Shown here piece after piece: positions 1 to 10,152 of a stretch of 64,000 bases of DNA; positions within the stretch are counted from its first letter, which is position 1; every line of letters starts with the position of its first letter. Made by a program: the position numbers and the translations under genes. This DNA is from Candidatus Binatia bacterium. Its GTDB lineage: Bacteria > Desulfobacterota > Binatia > UBA9968 > CAXXLF01. The stretch lies in NCBI GenBank assembly GCA_963664015.2, contig CAXXLF010000001.1:768001-832000 (forward strand), given 5' to 3'. A model generated the notes under the pieces. It was given only the letters and a program-made list of their open reading frames with translations, was not told the origin of the DNA and searched no databases.

Positions 1-583
1 GGGGATCCGCCCCCATGGCAATTGCGACGGGAAACGGTTCATCGGGCGCCTGGCGATGCTGCAACATGATATGGGTATAAGGCCCCGACAGCAGTCCAAG
101 GGTGTGATTATCATGCACCATGTTACGATAGACCCCTACATTGCGTTCGCCCGTGGTCGGGTCCTTGGTGATGTGGCACGAGAGGGTAAGGTAGGGACCA
201 CCGTCACGTTCGTTTAATATGGGAGCCACGAGTTTGGTCAGGTCAGCCTCGTCTCCGAGCCAAACCTGTTCCTGACAGATTCCACTTTCGACGAGCACTG
301 GAGGCAGTGGGTTGTTGGCACGACGGTTCCACACCTCATGGATCTCCTCTTGCTTGCACTCCATGGCCAGCGCGTAACGGCGCCGGGTCGCCAGCAGGTT
401 GAATACGGTCGAAATATCTTTCCCTCCCGGCTTTTCGAACAGTAACGCCGGTCCGTATGCCTTCAGGCTCTTAACGCAGATCGCGCCAAGCTCCTGATTG
501 AGATCGACAGGGATCTTCACACGAGCGAGTTCCCCCTCCTTTTCCAACAGGTCAATGAATTCGCGTAGTCCCTCAAAAGGCAT
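1..583 (-). CDS. UbiD-family (prFMN-dependent) decarboxylase, N-terminal part, runs off window edge
   Basis: Manual translation from ATG at 583 (RBS GGAGG upstream): MPFEGLREFIDLLEKEGEL...GPALLFEK...ERDGGPYLT...KDPTTGERNVGVYR. Confidence 0.9.
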   Translation of the reverse strand, partial: MPFEGLREFIDLLEKEGELARVKIPVDLNQELGAICVKSLKAYGPALLFEKPGGKDISTVFNLLATRRRYALAMECKQEEIHEVWNRRANNPLPPVLVESGICQEQVWLGDEADLTKLVAPILNERDGGPYLTLSCHITKDPTTGERNVGVYRNMVHDNHTLGLLSGPYTHIMLQHRQAPDEPFPVAIAMGADP

Positions 584-624
584 TTCTTACCTCCCATTAA
601 AACCGGCCATGGACCGACACTTGC

Positions 625-1746
625 TCAACGACGGCGCATTACACTACGCAAGAACCCAACGACCTCATTACGTCGCATCACGTATTTTTCGGTGGACAAT
701 TGGGGGTAGGTCATTCCCTCCGTCGGCACCAATTGTTCCAAAACGTGATCGTGGGGCACTCCACGCCGGAGACTAGCAAACCCTGAGCCCTTGCTCCACC
801 GGATTTGACCTTCTGGCGAGAGGAGATAGTCGAGATAAACCATAAGGGCATTGGGGTGTGGCGGGTTTTTCATGGTGACCAGGGCCCCGTTTCCCGCCGT
901 AATATAGGTCCCCTCTTTCATATCCTTGGGATTGAAATGCTTGAGCGGCAAACCCCTGCCGATCAGCTCGTTGGTCAAGACATCACTGGGGCCGATACCG
1001 ATGGGATTTTTACCCTTAGCGACAAAATCCAGGATCTGGCGGTCGTTCCCCGAGACCACCATGTTTTGACTGAACAGCTTCCGTATGAATTCCTTACCGA
1101 GGGAAGGGGTAATGTACCACAAGGTAGCGTTCCCCATCCCTCCCCCGGGCCTCGTGGGATCACGTAAGGCAATCTTATTCTTCCACTTGGGGTTCAAGAG
1201 GTCTTTCCATGACTTGATCCCGCTGGCGTCAACGACATCGGGGTTGTAGATGAACGGCGCCTTCACGTAGGCGCTCATGATGATAACGAATCTGCCAGCA
1301 CTATCCGCAAAGGTGTACTTTCCGCCGAGCCACGCTGACGCGTTTTTACTATTGGGACCGACGAGATGGGGCATGATGGGAGAAATGGCTTTGGCCGGCA
1401 TCAATCCCGTTATACCAGTAGTTGTACCCACCACCGCCAGGTCCGTCAGGAACTTCCGAGCTCCCTGCTCGTTGAGCACTCTTGCGGTGACCGTGGATCC
1501 CCGCATACCGCTGTGCTCCATCTTGATTTCGGGATACTTCTTCATGAATCCCCGGGTGAGTCCGTCTTTGGTCGCCGTGCCCTGCGGCCCAATTATTGAG
1601 ATTCGTCCTTCTTTCTTAGCCGCGGCCACGATCTTATCCCATTCCGCATCGGCCCACGCCGAAGCCGGTACGAGCAAAAGCCCGACCCCAAGAGCAAAAC
1701 TCAAGGCTGCAGCATAAAACATCGCAAATAAATTACCTCGCCTCAT
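625..1746 (-). CDS. ABC transporter extracellular solute-binding protein (FbpA/AfuA-like fold)
   Basis: Signal peptide, WDKIVAAAKKEG, SWKDLLNPKWKNKI, PHPNA..YLDYLLSPEGQ motifs. Confidence 0.9.
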   Translation of the reverse strand: MRRGNLFAMFYAAALSFALGVGLLLVPASAWADAEWDKIVAAAKKEGRISIIGPQGTATKDGLTRGFMKKYPEIKMEHSGMRGSTVTARVLNEQGARKFLTDLAVVGTTTGITGLMPAKAISPIMPHLVGPNSKNASAWLGGKYTFADSAGRFVIIMSAYVKAPFIYNPDVVDASGIKSWKDLLNPKWKNKIALRDPTRPGGGMGNATLWYITPSLGKEFIRKLFSQNMVVSGNDRQILDFVAKGKNPIGIGPSDVLTNELIGRGLPLKHFNPKDMKEGTYITAGNGALVTMKNPPHPNALMVYLDYLLSPEGQIRWSKGSGFASLRRGVPHDHVLEQLVPTEGMTYPQLSTEKYVMRRNEVVGFLRSVMRRR

Positions 1747-1798
1747 AGATGCACCCTCCTTAGTTAAATCGCTCCAAGTTTGGTTTCCAAGAAAATTC

Positions 1799-2903
1799 TT
1801 AGCGTCCCAGCGCTTTTCTTACAAAACTTACTATCTCAGGCTTCATGTCGATAGCGGCCTGGTCGTAGGTTTTGATCGATCCCGGGATTGGAACACGCCA
1901 GGGCGAATGGTCCGTAGGAACGTCCAGCCGGGCACTGATATACCCCGCCGCCTGAACGAAAGCGGTCTGGCCTTCCCTGGAGAGAAGCCAGTTCACATAG
2001 ACCTTGGCCGCGTTGGGATGGGGGGTCCGGGTAAAAACGGCGATGGACGCTGAGCCCGGGCTGATGTCCGAGCCTTCCTTGATCTTGCGCGGATCCACAA
2101 TGCGGATCGGTAGGCCCTGGGCAATCCTTGCCTCGGCCACAGAATCGGATGTCCCCGAGTAGGACCGGATACTTCTCCTGTCCAATGAGATCGATTTCTT
2201 GACGGTAATTCTTGATGATGAGTAGATTCTGGCGAGCCAGAGCACGAACAAATTCGGGGCCGAGAGCAGGGTGCATGTAAAAGAATCCGAAAGCCGCTTG
2301 ACCTGGGCCCGGTGTTCTGGGATCGTCGACAACGATCTTCCCCTTCCACTTTGGCTTCAACAGGTCTTTATACGACTTGATTTCCCCGGGCTTGACCAGT
2401 TTATTGCTCAGAAACAGTATGGCCCGTTGTGACGGCGCCATCACCAGCATTTGGCGGCCCGAATCGACGAATTCAATAGCACCGCCGCGCCAGTTCTTAG
2501 GATTTTTCACCTCGGCCGAGATGAGAAAGGGATCCATCGATTGAAACGCCCCCATGGGTATCAATGCCGTCAGGCCGGTCGTTGTCCCACCGATAAAGAC
2601 GTCCCACATGTAGTGACCAGCCCTCTGCTGGGCGCCGATCAGCGGTGAGGCACCGGAACCCCGTTCGCCCCGGTACTCGACTAAGATTCCGTATTTTTTC
2701 CGGAATGGCATAGTGAGGATATCCCGTCGATGAGACCCCGTCGGACCCATGACCGTGACCCGCCCCTCCTGTTGAGCGGCCTTCACGATGCCGTCCCAGT
2801 CCTGCTCTCCGGCAGCAATAGACACTCCCAAAACCGAAAGTCCTGTCACCAGGAATATCGTCCACAGGGTGACACTTAAAATAGAAAGGGTCTTCTTTTT
2901 CAT
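1799..2903 (-). pseudogene. ABC solute-binding protein split by a frameshift
   Basis: ORF 1836-2903 gives the N-terminal part to ..YPVLLG. The C-terminal part (TSDSVAEAR..PHPNAAKVYVNWLLSREGQ) is in ORF 1799-2332. The shift lies in the C4/G4 run at about 2153-2156. Confidence 0.8.
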
Positions 2904-2985
2904 GAGGTAAATCTCCTATTGGATCAGACTAATCACCAAACACTTTTTTTAGAACGGCAGGCCCACCCATCACCCTACCAGTTTT

Positions 2986-4632
2986 TCACCGGCCGATAGC
3001 GATATCCTTTTTTTCAATATCGGCGGTAACTGTCTTCTGGCGCTGGGCGGTCTTCTCCCCCACCTCGTGATACTTCCCTTCTACGATGAGCCGTGCGAAT
3101 TCGACCTGCTCCTCGCTCCAATTACCCAAACTGTACCCGTGCCATGGCTCCCGTAGTCTGGGCTGTGGCAGCTCTTTATGCTCCGCCCACATGGCCATGG
3201 CTCGCTCCATGTACTGCTTTTCCGGCAATCCCACAGGGGCGTACGCCCACTTTCTCGTCGCATTGAACAAGACCCGGCTGTGGTGGTGGTTCTGGAGCAA
3301 CGAGGAGCCATAAACCATTTGGCCATGACCCGAACCAGGGGGTGTACCAGAAGGGTCAAGAGCGGGGTTGCGGCCATGAATGATCTCAACGTCTAACTCG
3401 GGCCGGCATCGATAGGACATGGCCCAAAGGATCGCATCCTGGTCTCTAACATCGATATCACTGTCCACAATCACGATGTATTTGGAGCCTCCCATCAAAC
3501 CGGCTGCGGCATGGAGTACCGTCCAAGGGTCTACCCCCCTCTGGGGCTGCATTCGAATCAGGCACCATTCTCTGCCTCCGGTGCTGTCGGGAAAATGGAT
3601 GTCTTCTATAGGATAACCGGCACCGTAGCGGAGGTGATCGTACAACATGGCCGGATAGGTAAAGCTCAAAATCGTGTTGGAGTCGCTAGGATACATCCCA
3701 ACGGTGATCGGGGTAAAGATCGCGTTCTTCCGGTGGGTGATGGCCGTTACCTTGATGACGGGCAGGTAAGTTGATTCCGTCGACATGTAACCCGGGTATT
3801 CACCAAAGGGCGTGAGTTCCTCCGTGGTCTCAGTGGACATGAGGCCCTCGATGACGATCTCCGCAGTAGCCGGAACCTCCAGGGGAATCGTCTTGCACTT
3901 GACCAACTCCACCGGCTCACCCATGATCCCGCCAGCGACGGCCAGCTCATCGAATCTTCCGTAGGGGATGGGGGCTGAGGCCACGATCATGATGATCGGA
4001 GTCACTCCGATAACGATGGCCACCGGTAAAGGCTCCTTCCTTTGCCTCGCCTTGGGCCAGTGATAGGCCATGGCGTCATGAAAGACAGCCGAGCCCGACA
4101 CAATGCGGTCTCGTGCACGAAAGAAACCGTTATAGGCCCCCACATTGCGCATCCCCGTCTCAGGATCTTTGGTTATCATCGGGGTCCCTGTACGAATCAT
4201 GCAGCTGAAGCCGGGCTCCTCCACCGGAGCGGGCAACTCGTCAAGGCCCAACTCGGTAAGCTCTTTTCCCGTGTGCACTACTTCATGGACGGGACCGTCC
4301 TTGACCACGATGGGCTCGATGGGGTGAGCGATGCCTTCGTGCCACTTGTCCAGGGCCTCCCGCATGGACTCACAGCCCATGCCCCAGGCGACAAAATCCG
4401 GCGTGGCTCCGTAAACACCGGTGGCGACTCGCATAGGAAAGCGCTTCCCGTCGGCTCCTCTAACGTCATTGAACTGTAAAATTTTACGTTCTCCTTCGGG
4501 TAGACCACGCATCTGGACCCGAAACAGAGGCATCAGTTCCGTCTCTTTGTTGACTGGCTCAGTAAATATGTGCAGACGACCTCGCCGCTCAACTTCCGCC
4601 ATAAACTCCCTGAGGTCTTTATAGTATGGCAT
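2986..4632 (-). CDS. UbiD-family decarboxylase, divergent subfamily
   Basis: MPYYKDLREF start, KDPETGMRNVGAY, VPATAEIVIEG, PFGEYPGY, IVIVDSDIDV. Confidence 0.9.
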   Translation of the reverse strand: MPYYKDLREFMAEVERRGRLHIFTEPVNKETELMPLFRVQMRGLPEGERKILQFNDVRGADGKRFPMRVATGVYGATPDFVAWGMGCESMREALDKWHEGIAHPIEPIVVKDGPVHEVVHTGKELTELGLDELPAPVEEPGFSCMIRTGTPMITKDPETGMRNVGAYNGFFRARDRIVSGSAVFHDAMAYHWPKARQRKEPLPVAIVIGVTPIIMIVASAPIPYGRFDELAVAGGIMGEPVELVKCKTIPLEVPATAEIVIEGLMSTETTEELTPFGEYPGYMSTESTYLPVIKVTAITHRKNAIFTPITVGMYPSDSNTILSFTYPAMLYDHLRYGAGYPIEDIHFPDSTGGREWCLIRMQPQRGVDPWTVLHAAAGLMGGSKYIVIVDSDIDVRDQDAILWAMSYRCRPELDVEIIHGRNPALDPSGTPPGSGHGQMVYGSSLLQNHHHSRVLFNATRKWAYAPVGLPEKQYMERAMAMWAEHKELPQPRLREPWHGYSLGNWSEEQVEFARLIVEGKYHEVGEKTAQRQKTVTADIEKKDIAIGR

Positions 4633-4694
4633 CCCCTTCGTCTCCTTCCTCTTATCCTTTAACACAAGTCGTCATACAGAATTCACACTAATCC

Positions 4695-5786
4695 TTACCT
4701 CTTCATAATCTCTCTGAGCAGTCCCAACATAAGTGGCTTCGATTTCATTGCCTCTTCGGTATAGGTCCGGAGGCCCCCCTTCATCGGGTGGCGCCAGGAT
4801 TCTATGTGATCCTGAGGAATATCGTTCCGAAGGCTGGAAATGCCCGTGACTCTACTAAATTGTGTCTGCCCTTCCTTTGAGAGAATCCAGTTGATATAGA
4901 CCTTGGCTGCATTGGGATGGGGCGCTTTATTGACCAACATCAGACTGGCAGGACCCGGGCTTAAAGGTCCCCCTTCCTTCAACTGTTGGGGCGGAATCAT
5001 TGCGATGGGCACTCCCCGATTCATCAGATCCCTCGTCACCGTTTCAGCAGGCCCGAGCAGAATACTGAATTTCCCCTTACCCAGCATGTCGAGGGACTGA
5101 CGGTCATTGCGTAGAATCGTTAGGTTCTGCTTCATCAAAGCCCGGATGAAGTCGGGACCTAGCTGTGGATTCAGATAAAAGAACGTGAAAATGGATTGTC
5201 CGGGCCCCGGGCCCCGGGGGTCTCGGCCTACAATGATTTTCCCCTTCCACTTGGGATCCAAAAGATCCCTGAAGGCTTTAAACTCCTTGCCATTTACGAG
5301 TTTAGTGTTGATCACAAAGGCAGGTCTAGTCGTCAGTCCCAAGAGCAGATCGTAACGACGTGTCTTATCGGCGTACCAGAGGCCTCCATTCCGCCAATTT
5401 TTGGATTCCTTCACTTCAGGGAGAATCAACGCAGACGTAATCGGGTCCAAGGCGCCAGCGGGTATCATACCCGTAATGGCAGTAGTCGTCCCCTGAACAA
5501 AAACATCCCATAGGTATTTACCAGCGCGCCGCTCCCTCATTACACGGGGGATCATTTGCGACCCTCTCGCCGCCAGGTAGTTAACCCTCAAGCCATATTT
5601 TTTCTCGAACGGCAGAGTAAGGACCCGACGAAAATCGGCCCCAACCGTCGCACCCACAGAGACTGTGCCTTCTTTTTTCGCCGCCTGCAGGGTCTGTTCC
5701 CACTCTCCCGTCCAGCCATGGGTCGCGCTGACAAAGACCAAAATGGCGGCAAATGACATGAGAACAAAGCGATCTTTTCGAATCAT
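4695..5786 (-). CDS. ABC transporter extracellular solute-binding protein
   Basis: Signal peptide, WEQTLQAAKKEG, DLLDPKWKGKI, APHPNAAKVYINWILSKEGQ. Confidence 0.9.
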   Translation of the reverse strand: MIRKDRFVLMSFAAILVFVSATHGWTGEWEQTLQAAKKEGTVSVGATVGADFRRVLTLPFEKKYGLRVNYLAARGSQMIPRVMRERRAGKYLWDVFVQGTTTAITGMIPAGALDPITSALILPEVKESKNWRNGGLWYADKTRRYDLLLGLTTRPAFVINTKLVNGKEFKAFRDLLDPKWKGKIIVGRDPRGPGPGQSIFTFFYLNPQLGPDFIRALMKQNLTILRNDRQSLDMLGKGKFSILLGPAETVTRDLMNRGVPIAMIPPQQLKEGGPLSPGPASLMLVNKAPHPNAAKVYINWILSKEGQTQFSRVTGISSLRNDIPQDHIESWRHPMKGGLRTYTEEAMKSKPLMLGLLREIMKR

Positions 5787-5867
5787 GACTTTTCTCCTCT
5801 CCAAGCAGAAAAAGCAATGTTGGATTAGTATCTTAGGCCGTGTTTGGAACGAATTAGCTAGTTGCTC

Positions 5868-5949
5868 TAATAGTACGTTTCGGCTCGGTCTGTCAACCTA
5901 ACGATTTTGTCTCCAACTCTTGACAAGATGACCCCGCTCCACCTAGTTT
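5868..5949. promoter_or_regulatory. Back-to-back sigma70-type promoters between divergent operons
   Basis: TGTCAA at 5891-5896 (minus-strand TTGACA) and TTGACA at 5920-5925 with TAGTTT at 5944-5949. A similar arrangement occurs at about 21363-21394. Confidence 0.45.
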
Positions 5950-6072
5950 CGTAATTGTCTAGATCAATCTTCGGGGGGATTAACATCCTGCAAGTTAAGG
6001 GATAGAATTTAAAAAAAGGGCATTGTGAGAACCGAAGGCGAACGCCCGGCTAAGAGGACCAAAGAAGGAGAG

Positions 6073-7383
6073 ATGGCGACCGAGAATGACGACATACTGA
6101 CACGGACGGATCCAGGAACTCCATGCGGGGAGTTGATACGGCGCTACTGGCAGCCCGCGGCACTATCCGAGGAGCTGCCGACGGGTGGAGCTCCCCTGTC
6201 GGTTCGGTTGCTTGGTGAAGATCTGGTCCTTTTTCGTGATGAATCCGGAGACATCGGCCTCCTGGGGCTCCATTGCTGCCACCGTGGGGCGGACTTGAGT
6301 TACGGCCGCGTAGAGGACGGCGGCCTGAGGTGTATTTACCATGGCTGGCTCTACGATATTCACGGCCATTGCATTGATCAACCGGGAGAGCCCAATGGAA
6401 GGACACAACAACAAAAGATTCGCCATAAAGCCTACCCGTGCGTTGAGCGCAACGGTCTTATCTTTGCCTACTTGGGTCCAGGCGAACCGCCCCTGCTTCC
6501 CAACTATGAGTTCTTAGTCAATCCGGAAGAACACGTGTTCGTCACCAAGATCTTCAGCGAGTGCAATTACCTCCAGGCGAACGAGGGCAACATCGACCTG
6601 CTCCACGTATCGTTCCTCCATTACAGCAGCCGGGATCTGATGATCGAGAACAGCGCCAATCGCCAGGGAGTCGCCGGTTCTGTGGATGCACTGTGTCCCA
6701 GGGGATCGGCCCCGGAGATGGAGACGACAGAAGCCGAAATCGTCGACATCGGTTTACGCGTCTGCAAAATCCGGAACCTCGATCGGGACAACCTTTACAT
6801 TCGCGTGGGGACGCTGGTCCTCCCCAACCTATACGCTTTCCCCGCCGGCGGTTTGAACTGGCATGTCCCCATCGACGACACGCACCATTGGAAATACATC
6901 GTCTCGTTCGACCGGGACAAGCCCTACGACAAAGAGGCCATGCGTCGTAATCGCGACTCCTTTACCCCACCTCCGGACTACAGGCCGGTTTTGAACCGAT
7001 CCAACCGCTACCGCCAGGACCGCGCGTCCCTGAAGGCGGACAGTTATAGCGGAATCGATAAGATGAACTTTCCGGCCCAGGATCTATGCGTGACTGAAGG
7101 CGCAGGCCCTATCCAGGATCGTTCCAAAGAACACCTCATGGCCTCCGATGGACCCTTGGTGGCTGGCCGTAAGCTTCTCCATAGCGCCATTAGGGAGGTC
7201 TTGGACGGACACGATCCACCTGCCGTCGTGCATGACCCGGCAAAGAATAATTTCTCGACCATCGTCGCCACCAACGGCGTGATCCCTAAGTCTCAGGGCT
7301 GGAAGAACTACTGCCGGAAGTTGGTCACTGAGGGTCGTGGATGGGTCGGCAGGCCGAGCCTGACGGACCCGTTAGCTAAATAA
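6073..7383 (+). CDS. Rieske non-heme iron oxygenase alpha subunit (phthalate dioxygenase/LigXa-like)
   Basis: CCHRGADL..CIYHGW Rieske motif; EGNIDLLHVSFLH and AQD mononuclear Fe ligands; RBS AGGAG before ATG 6073. Confidence 0.92.
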   Translation: MATENDDILTRTDPGTPCGELIRRYWQPAALSEELPTGGAPLSVRLLGEDLVLFRDESGDIGLLGLHCCHRGADLSYGRVEDGGLRCIYHGWLYDIHGHCIDQPGEPNGRTQQQKIRHKAYPCVERNGLIFAYLGPGEPPLLPNYEFLVNPEEHVFVTKIFSECNYLQANEGNIDLLHVSFLHYSSRDLMIENSANRQGVAGSVDALCPRGSAPEMETTEAEIVDIGLRVCKIRNLDRDNLYIRVGTLVLPNLYAFPAGGLNWHVPIDDTHHWKYIVSFDRDKPYDKEAMRRNRDSFTPPPDYRPVLNRSNRYRQDRASLKADSYSGIDKMNFPAQDLCVTEGAGPIQDRSKEHLMASDGPLVAGRKLLHSAIREVLDGHDPPAVVHDPAKNNFSTIVATNGVIPKSQGWKNYCRKLVTEGRGWVGRPSLTDPLAK

Positions 7384-7415
7384 GACTTTATCAAACACAC
7401 CTTAAGGAAGAAACA

Positions 7416-8642
7416 ATGGCAGATATATTAAGACTGGGAATCGTAGGACTGGGCATGGGTGCCGGCAGGGTTATCCCCGAGATCGCCAACCTTCCCTATA
7501 TCCGGCTAACCGCCGGCGCCGACGTTCGCCCCCACGCGGCCAAGCAGTTTCGAGAAGACTTTGGCGCCGAGGCTTACGAGAGCGTGGAGGAGATGTGCCA
7601 AAGTCCCAACGTCGACGCGGTCTATGTCTGCACCCCCCATGAATACCACGCCGAACATACGATCATCGCGCTGAAAAACAAAAAACACGTCATCGTGGAA
7701 AAACCTATGGCCGTTTCCATCGAGGAATGTGAAGCCATGAACCAGGCGGCGGAAGCCAATGGGGTGAAGCTCCTGTGCGGGCATACCCACAGCTTCGACC
7801 CACCGGTTCAAAAGATGGCTCAGGTCATTCGAGGCGGCGCCCTGGGCAAGCCACTCATGATCAACAGCTCCTATTATAAAAACTTCATTTACCGCCCCTT
7901 CTCAGATCACGATGTGAGCATGAGCCGCGGTATCGTCTTGAATCAGGGCCCCCATCAGGTCGATATCGTACGTTTACTGGGGGGCGGCCGGGTACGCAGT
8001 GTTCGGGCCATGGCCGGTGTGGGAGATCCAAGCCGAGGGAAACCACGGCCTGCGGAAGGCCACTACGTCTGCTATCTGGAGTTCGAGGACGGACTGCCCG
8101 CCAGCCTTGTTTTTAGCGGCTACGCCTATCTGGATTCGGCTGAGCTGGTTTGGGGTATAGGTGAAGGAGGACAACAGGTCGATCCCGAAGCCTTTGTCGG
8201 GGCCCACCGCTTTTTTAAAGAGATCGGCACCGGACCAGACCGGCAAAAGAAGATGGAGGAGTTGCTCGAATCTTGGCGCTACGGGGGCGCTAATGTAGGG
8301 GAATGGTTCCACGCCGGCAGTTCGGGGGCAATGCCCGGCAAGCGGCACCAGCCTTTCTTCGGTCTGACTATCGTGACCGGCGAAAAAGGCGACTTGCGTC
8401 AGTCGCCCGACGGGCTTTACCTTTACACGGAAGAAGGGCGCAGTGAGATTCCTATAGAGGCGGGCGCCCATGGTCGCGAGGCTGAGATGCGAGAACTATA
8501 CGAAGGCGTGATGGAGGGCCGCCCTATCTTCCACGACGGCCGATGGGGGGAAGCGACCATGGAAGTCTGTCTTGCGATCCTTCAGTCCACGGAAGAAAAA
8601 CGTGAGATCCTGATGTCCCATCAGGTCCCGGTACCGGTTTAG
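7416..8642 (+). CDS. Gfo/Idh/MocA oxidoreductase (phthalate cis-dihydrodiol dehydrogenase-like)
   Basis: GIVGLGMG, VEKPMA, GHTHSFD, NQGPHQVDIVRLLGGG motifs; directly downstream of a Rieske oxygenase. Confidence 0.85.
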   Translation: MADILRLGIVGLGMGAGRVIPEIANLPYIRLTAGADVRPHAAKQFREDFGAEAYESVEEMCQSPNVDAVYVCTPHEYHAEHTIIALKNKKHVIVEKPMAVSIEECEAMNQAAEANGVKLLCGHTHSFDPPVQKMAQVIRGGALGKPLMINSSYYKNFIYRPFSDHDVSMSRGIVLNQGPHQVDIVRLLGGGRVRSVRAMAGVGDPSRGKPRPAEGHYVCYLEFEDGLPASLVFSGYAYLDSAELVWGIGEGGQQVDPEAFVGAHRFFKEIGTGPDRQKKMEELLESWRYGGANVGEWFHAGSSGAMPGKRHQPFFGLTIVTGEKGDLRQSPDGLYLYTEEGRSEIPIEAGAHGREAEMRELYEGVMEGRPIFHDGRWGEATMEVCLAILQSTEEKREILMSHQVPVPV

Positions 8643-8678
8643 ACCGGCGCAAGAGAAACTACAGCGAGGAGAACGAGT

Positions 8679-10136
8679 GTGATAGATGACCTGCGGACCT
8701 TTCTTGAAAATCTCGATCACTGCGGGGACCTCAAGCGGATCAGCGGCGCCGATCTCAATATTGAAATGGGGGCGATTTCCGAACTGTCCTTTCAACATCA
8801 CGGACCGGCCCTTCTCTTCGATCGAATCGATGGTTACCCCTCAAACTACCGCATCGCCTCCAACGTTTGCAGCACCAGGGAAAGGTCGCTGCGCGCCGTC
8901 GGCATGGATCCCCGACTATCCGAGGTCGACGCCATGCAGCAATTCAAAAGAAGATGGACCGCATACAAACCCATCGGCCCGATTTTTGTCAAAGACGGGC
9001 CATTGATGGAAAACACCCTGAGTGGCGAGGACGTCGATCTCTTAAAGATTCCCGTGCCCGTTTGGCATGAACTGGATGGGGGACCGTATATCGGCACGGG
9101 ACTGGCCGTCATCGTCAAGGACCCGGAAAGCGGTTGGGTCAATCTAGGGAGCTACCGTCTTCAGCGGCACGACCGTAACACCACGGGGATTTTCTCCGAA
9201 CCGGGCAATGACGGGACAAAGATTATGCGCAAGTACTGGGCCGCCGGTAAGGCGTGCCCTGTGGCGGTTTCCGTCGGCCCCGAACCCATCGTTTTTCTCA
9301 CTGCCTCCGGTTGTACGGGCTGCCCCAAGGGCTTCCCCGAGTACGACTATGCGGGATTCGTCATGGGAGAACCCATTTCTGTGATCGAAGGCCCGTTAAC
9401 GGGGCTACCCATTTCCGCCCATTCGGAAATTGCCTTCGAGGGGGAGATCCCCCCACCCCAGGAGGAGATGAGACCCGAAGGCCCCTTTGGCGAGTGGACG
9501 GGCTACTACATGGGCGGCTCTCTCCCCGAACCGGTTATCCGAGTCCAGGCCCTGTACCATAGAACGGATCCAATCCTCTTTGGAGCCTCACCCCTCAAGC
9601 CCCACGATGAAGCCTATTCATTCTCGCTGCCCATGTTGTTTGTCACAGGGTTATGGAGTCGCTTGGAGGGAATGGGTTTACCCATTCGCCGGGTGACGAA
9701 TCCGGTCAAGATGGGCGTGACCGTAATCAGCATTCACCAGCAGGGAAAAGACGATGTCGAGCTAACGATGAAGGCCTTAGAGCAGGTCGGTGGACCCCAC
9801 CGGCTTTTTATTCTGGTCGACGACGATGTTAATCCGGAGGATCCACGGGATGTGCTGTGGGCTGTCAGCACACGTTTCGACCCGAGTTCGGGGACCCGGG
9901 TCAGCACCACGGAAAGCGAATGGCTGCTGGATCCCTTACGCACCGTAGAGCAGCGAACCCAGCGTTCCCCCCAACCCTACAAGCGCCTGATCATCAACGG
10001 GTGTCGCCCCTATGAGCGCATCAAGGACTTCTCGAACGTTAACCTCCTCAGTGAAGGACGGTGCAACGAAACGTGGGAAAAATGGCAGATGCAGGATTGG
10101 ACGGATCGGCGAATCAAGGATCAATCAACGGATTAA
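8679..10136 (+). CDS. UbiD-family decarboxylase
   Basis: DLRTFL, GPALLFD, WHELDGGPYIGT, NLGSYR, EGPFGEWTGY, VDDDVNP. Confidence 0.92.
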   Translation: MIDDLRTFLENLDHCGDLKRISGADLNIEMGAISELSFQHHGPALLFDRIDGYPSNYRIASNVCSTRERSLRAVGMDPRLSEVDAMQQFKRRWTAYKPIGPIFVKDGPLMENTLSGEDVDLLKIPVPVWHELDGGPYIGTGLAVIVKDPESGWVNLGSYRLQRHDRNTTGIFSEPGNDGTKIMRKYWAAGKACPVAVSVGPEPIVFLTASGCTGCPKGFPEYDYAGFVMGEPISVIEGPLTGLPISAHSEIAFEGEIPPPQEEMRPEGPFGEWTGYYMGGSLPEPVIRVQALYHRTDPILFGASPLKPHDEAYSFSLPMLFVTGLWSRLEGMGLPIRRVTNPVKMGVTVISIHQQGKDDVELTMKALEQVGGPHRLFILVDDDVNPEDPRDVLWAVSTRFDPSSGTRVSTTESEWLLDPLRTVEQRTQRSPQPYKRLIINGCRPYERIKDFSNVNLLSEGRCNETWEKWQMQDWTDRRIKDQSTD

Positions 10137-10152
10137 AAAAAAGGAGTCACCC

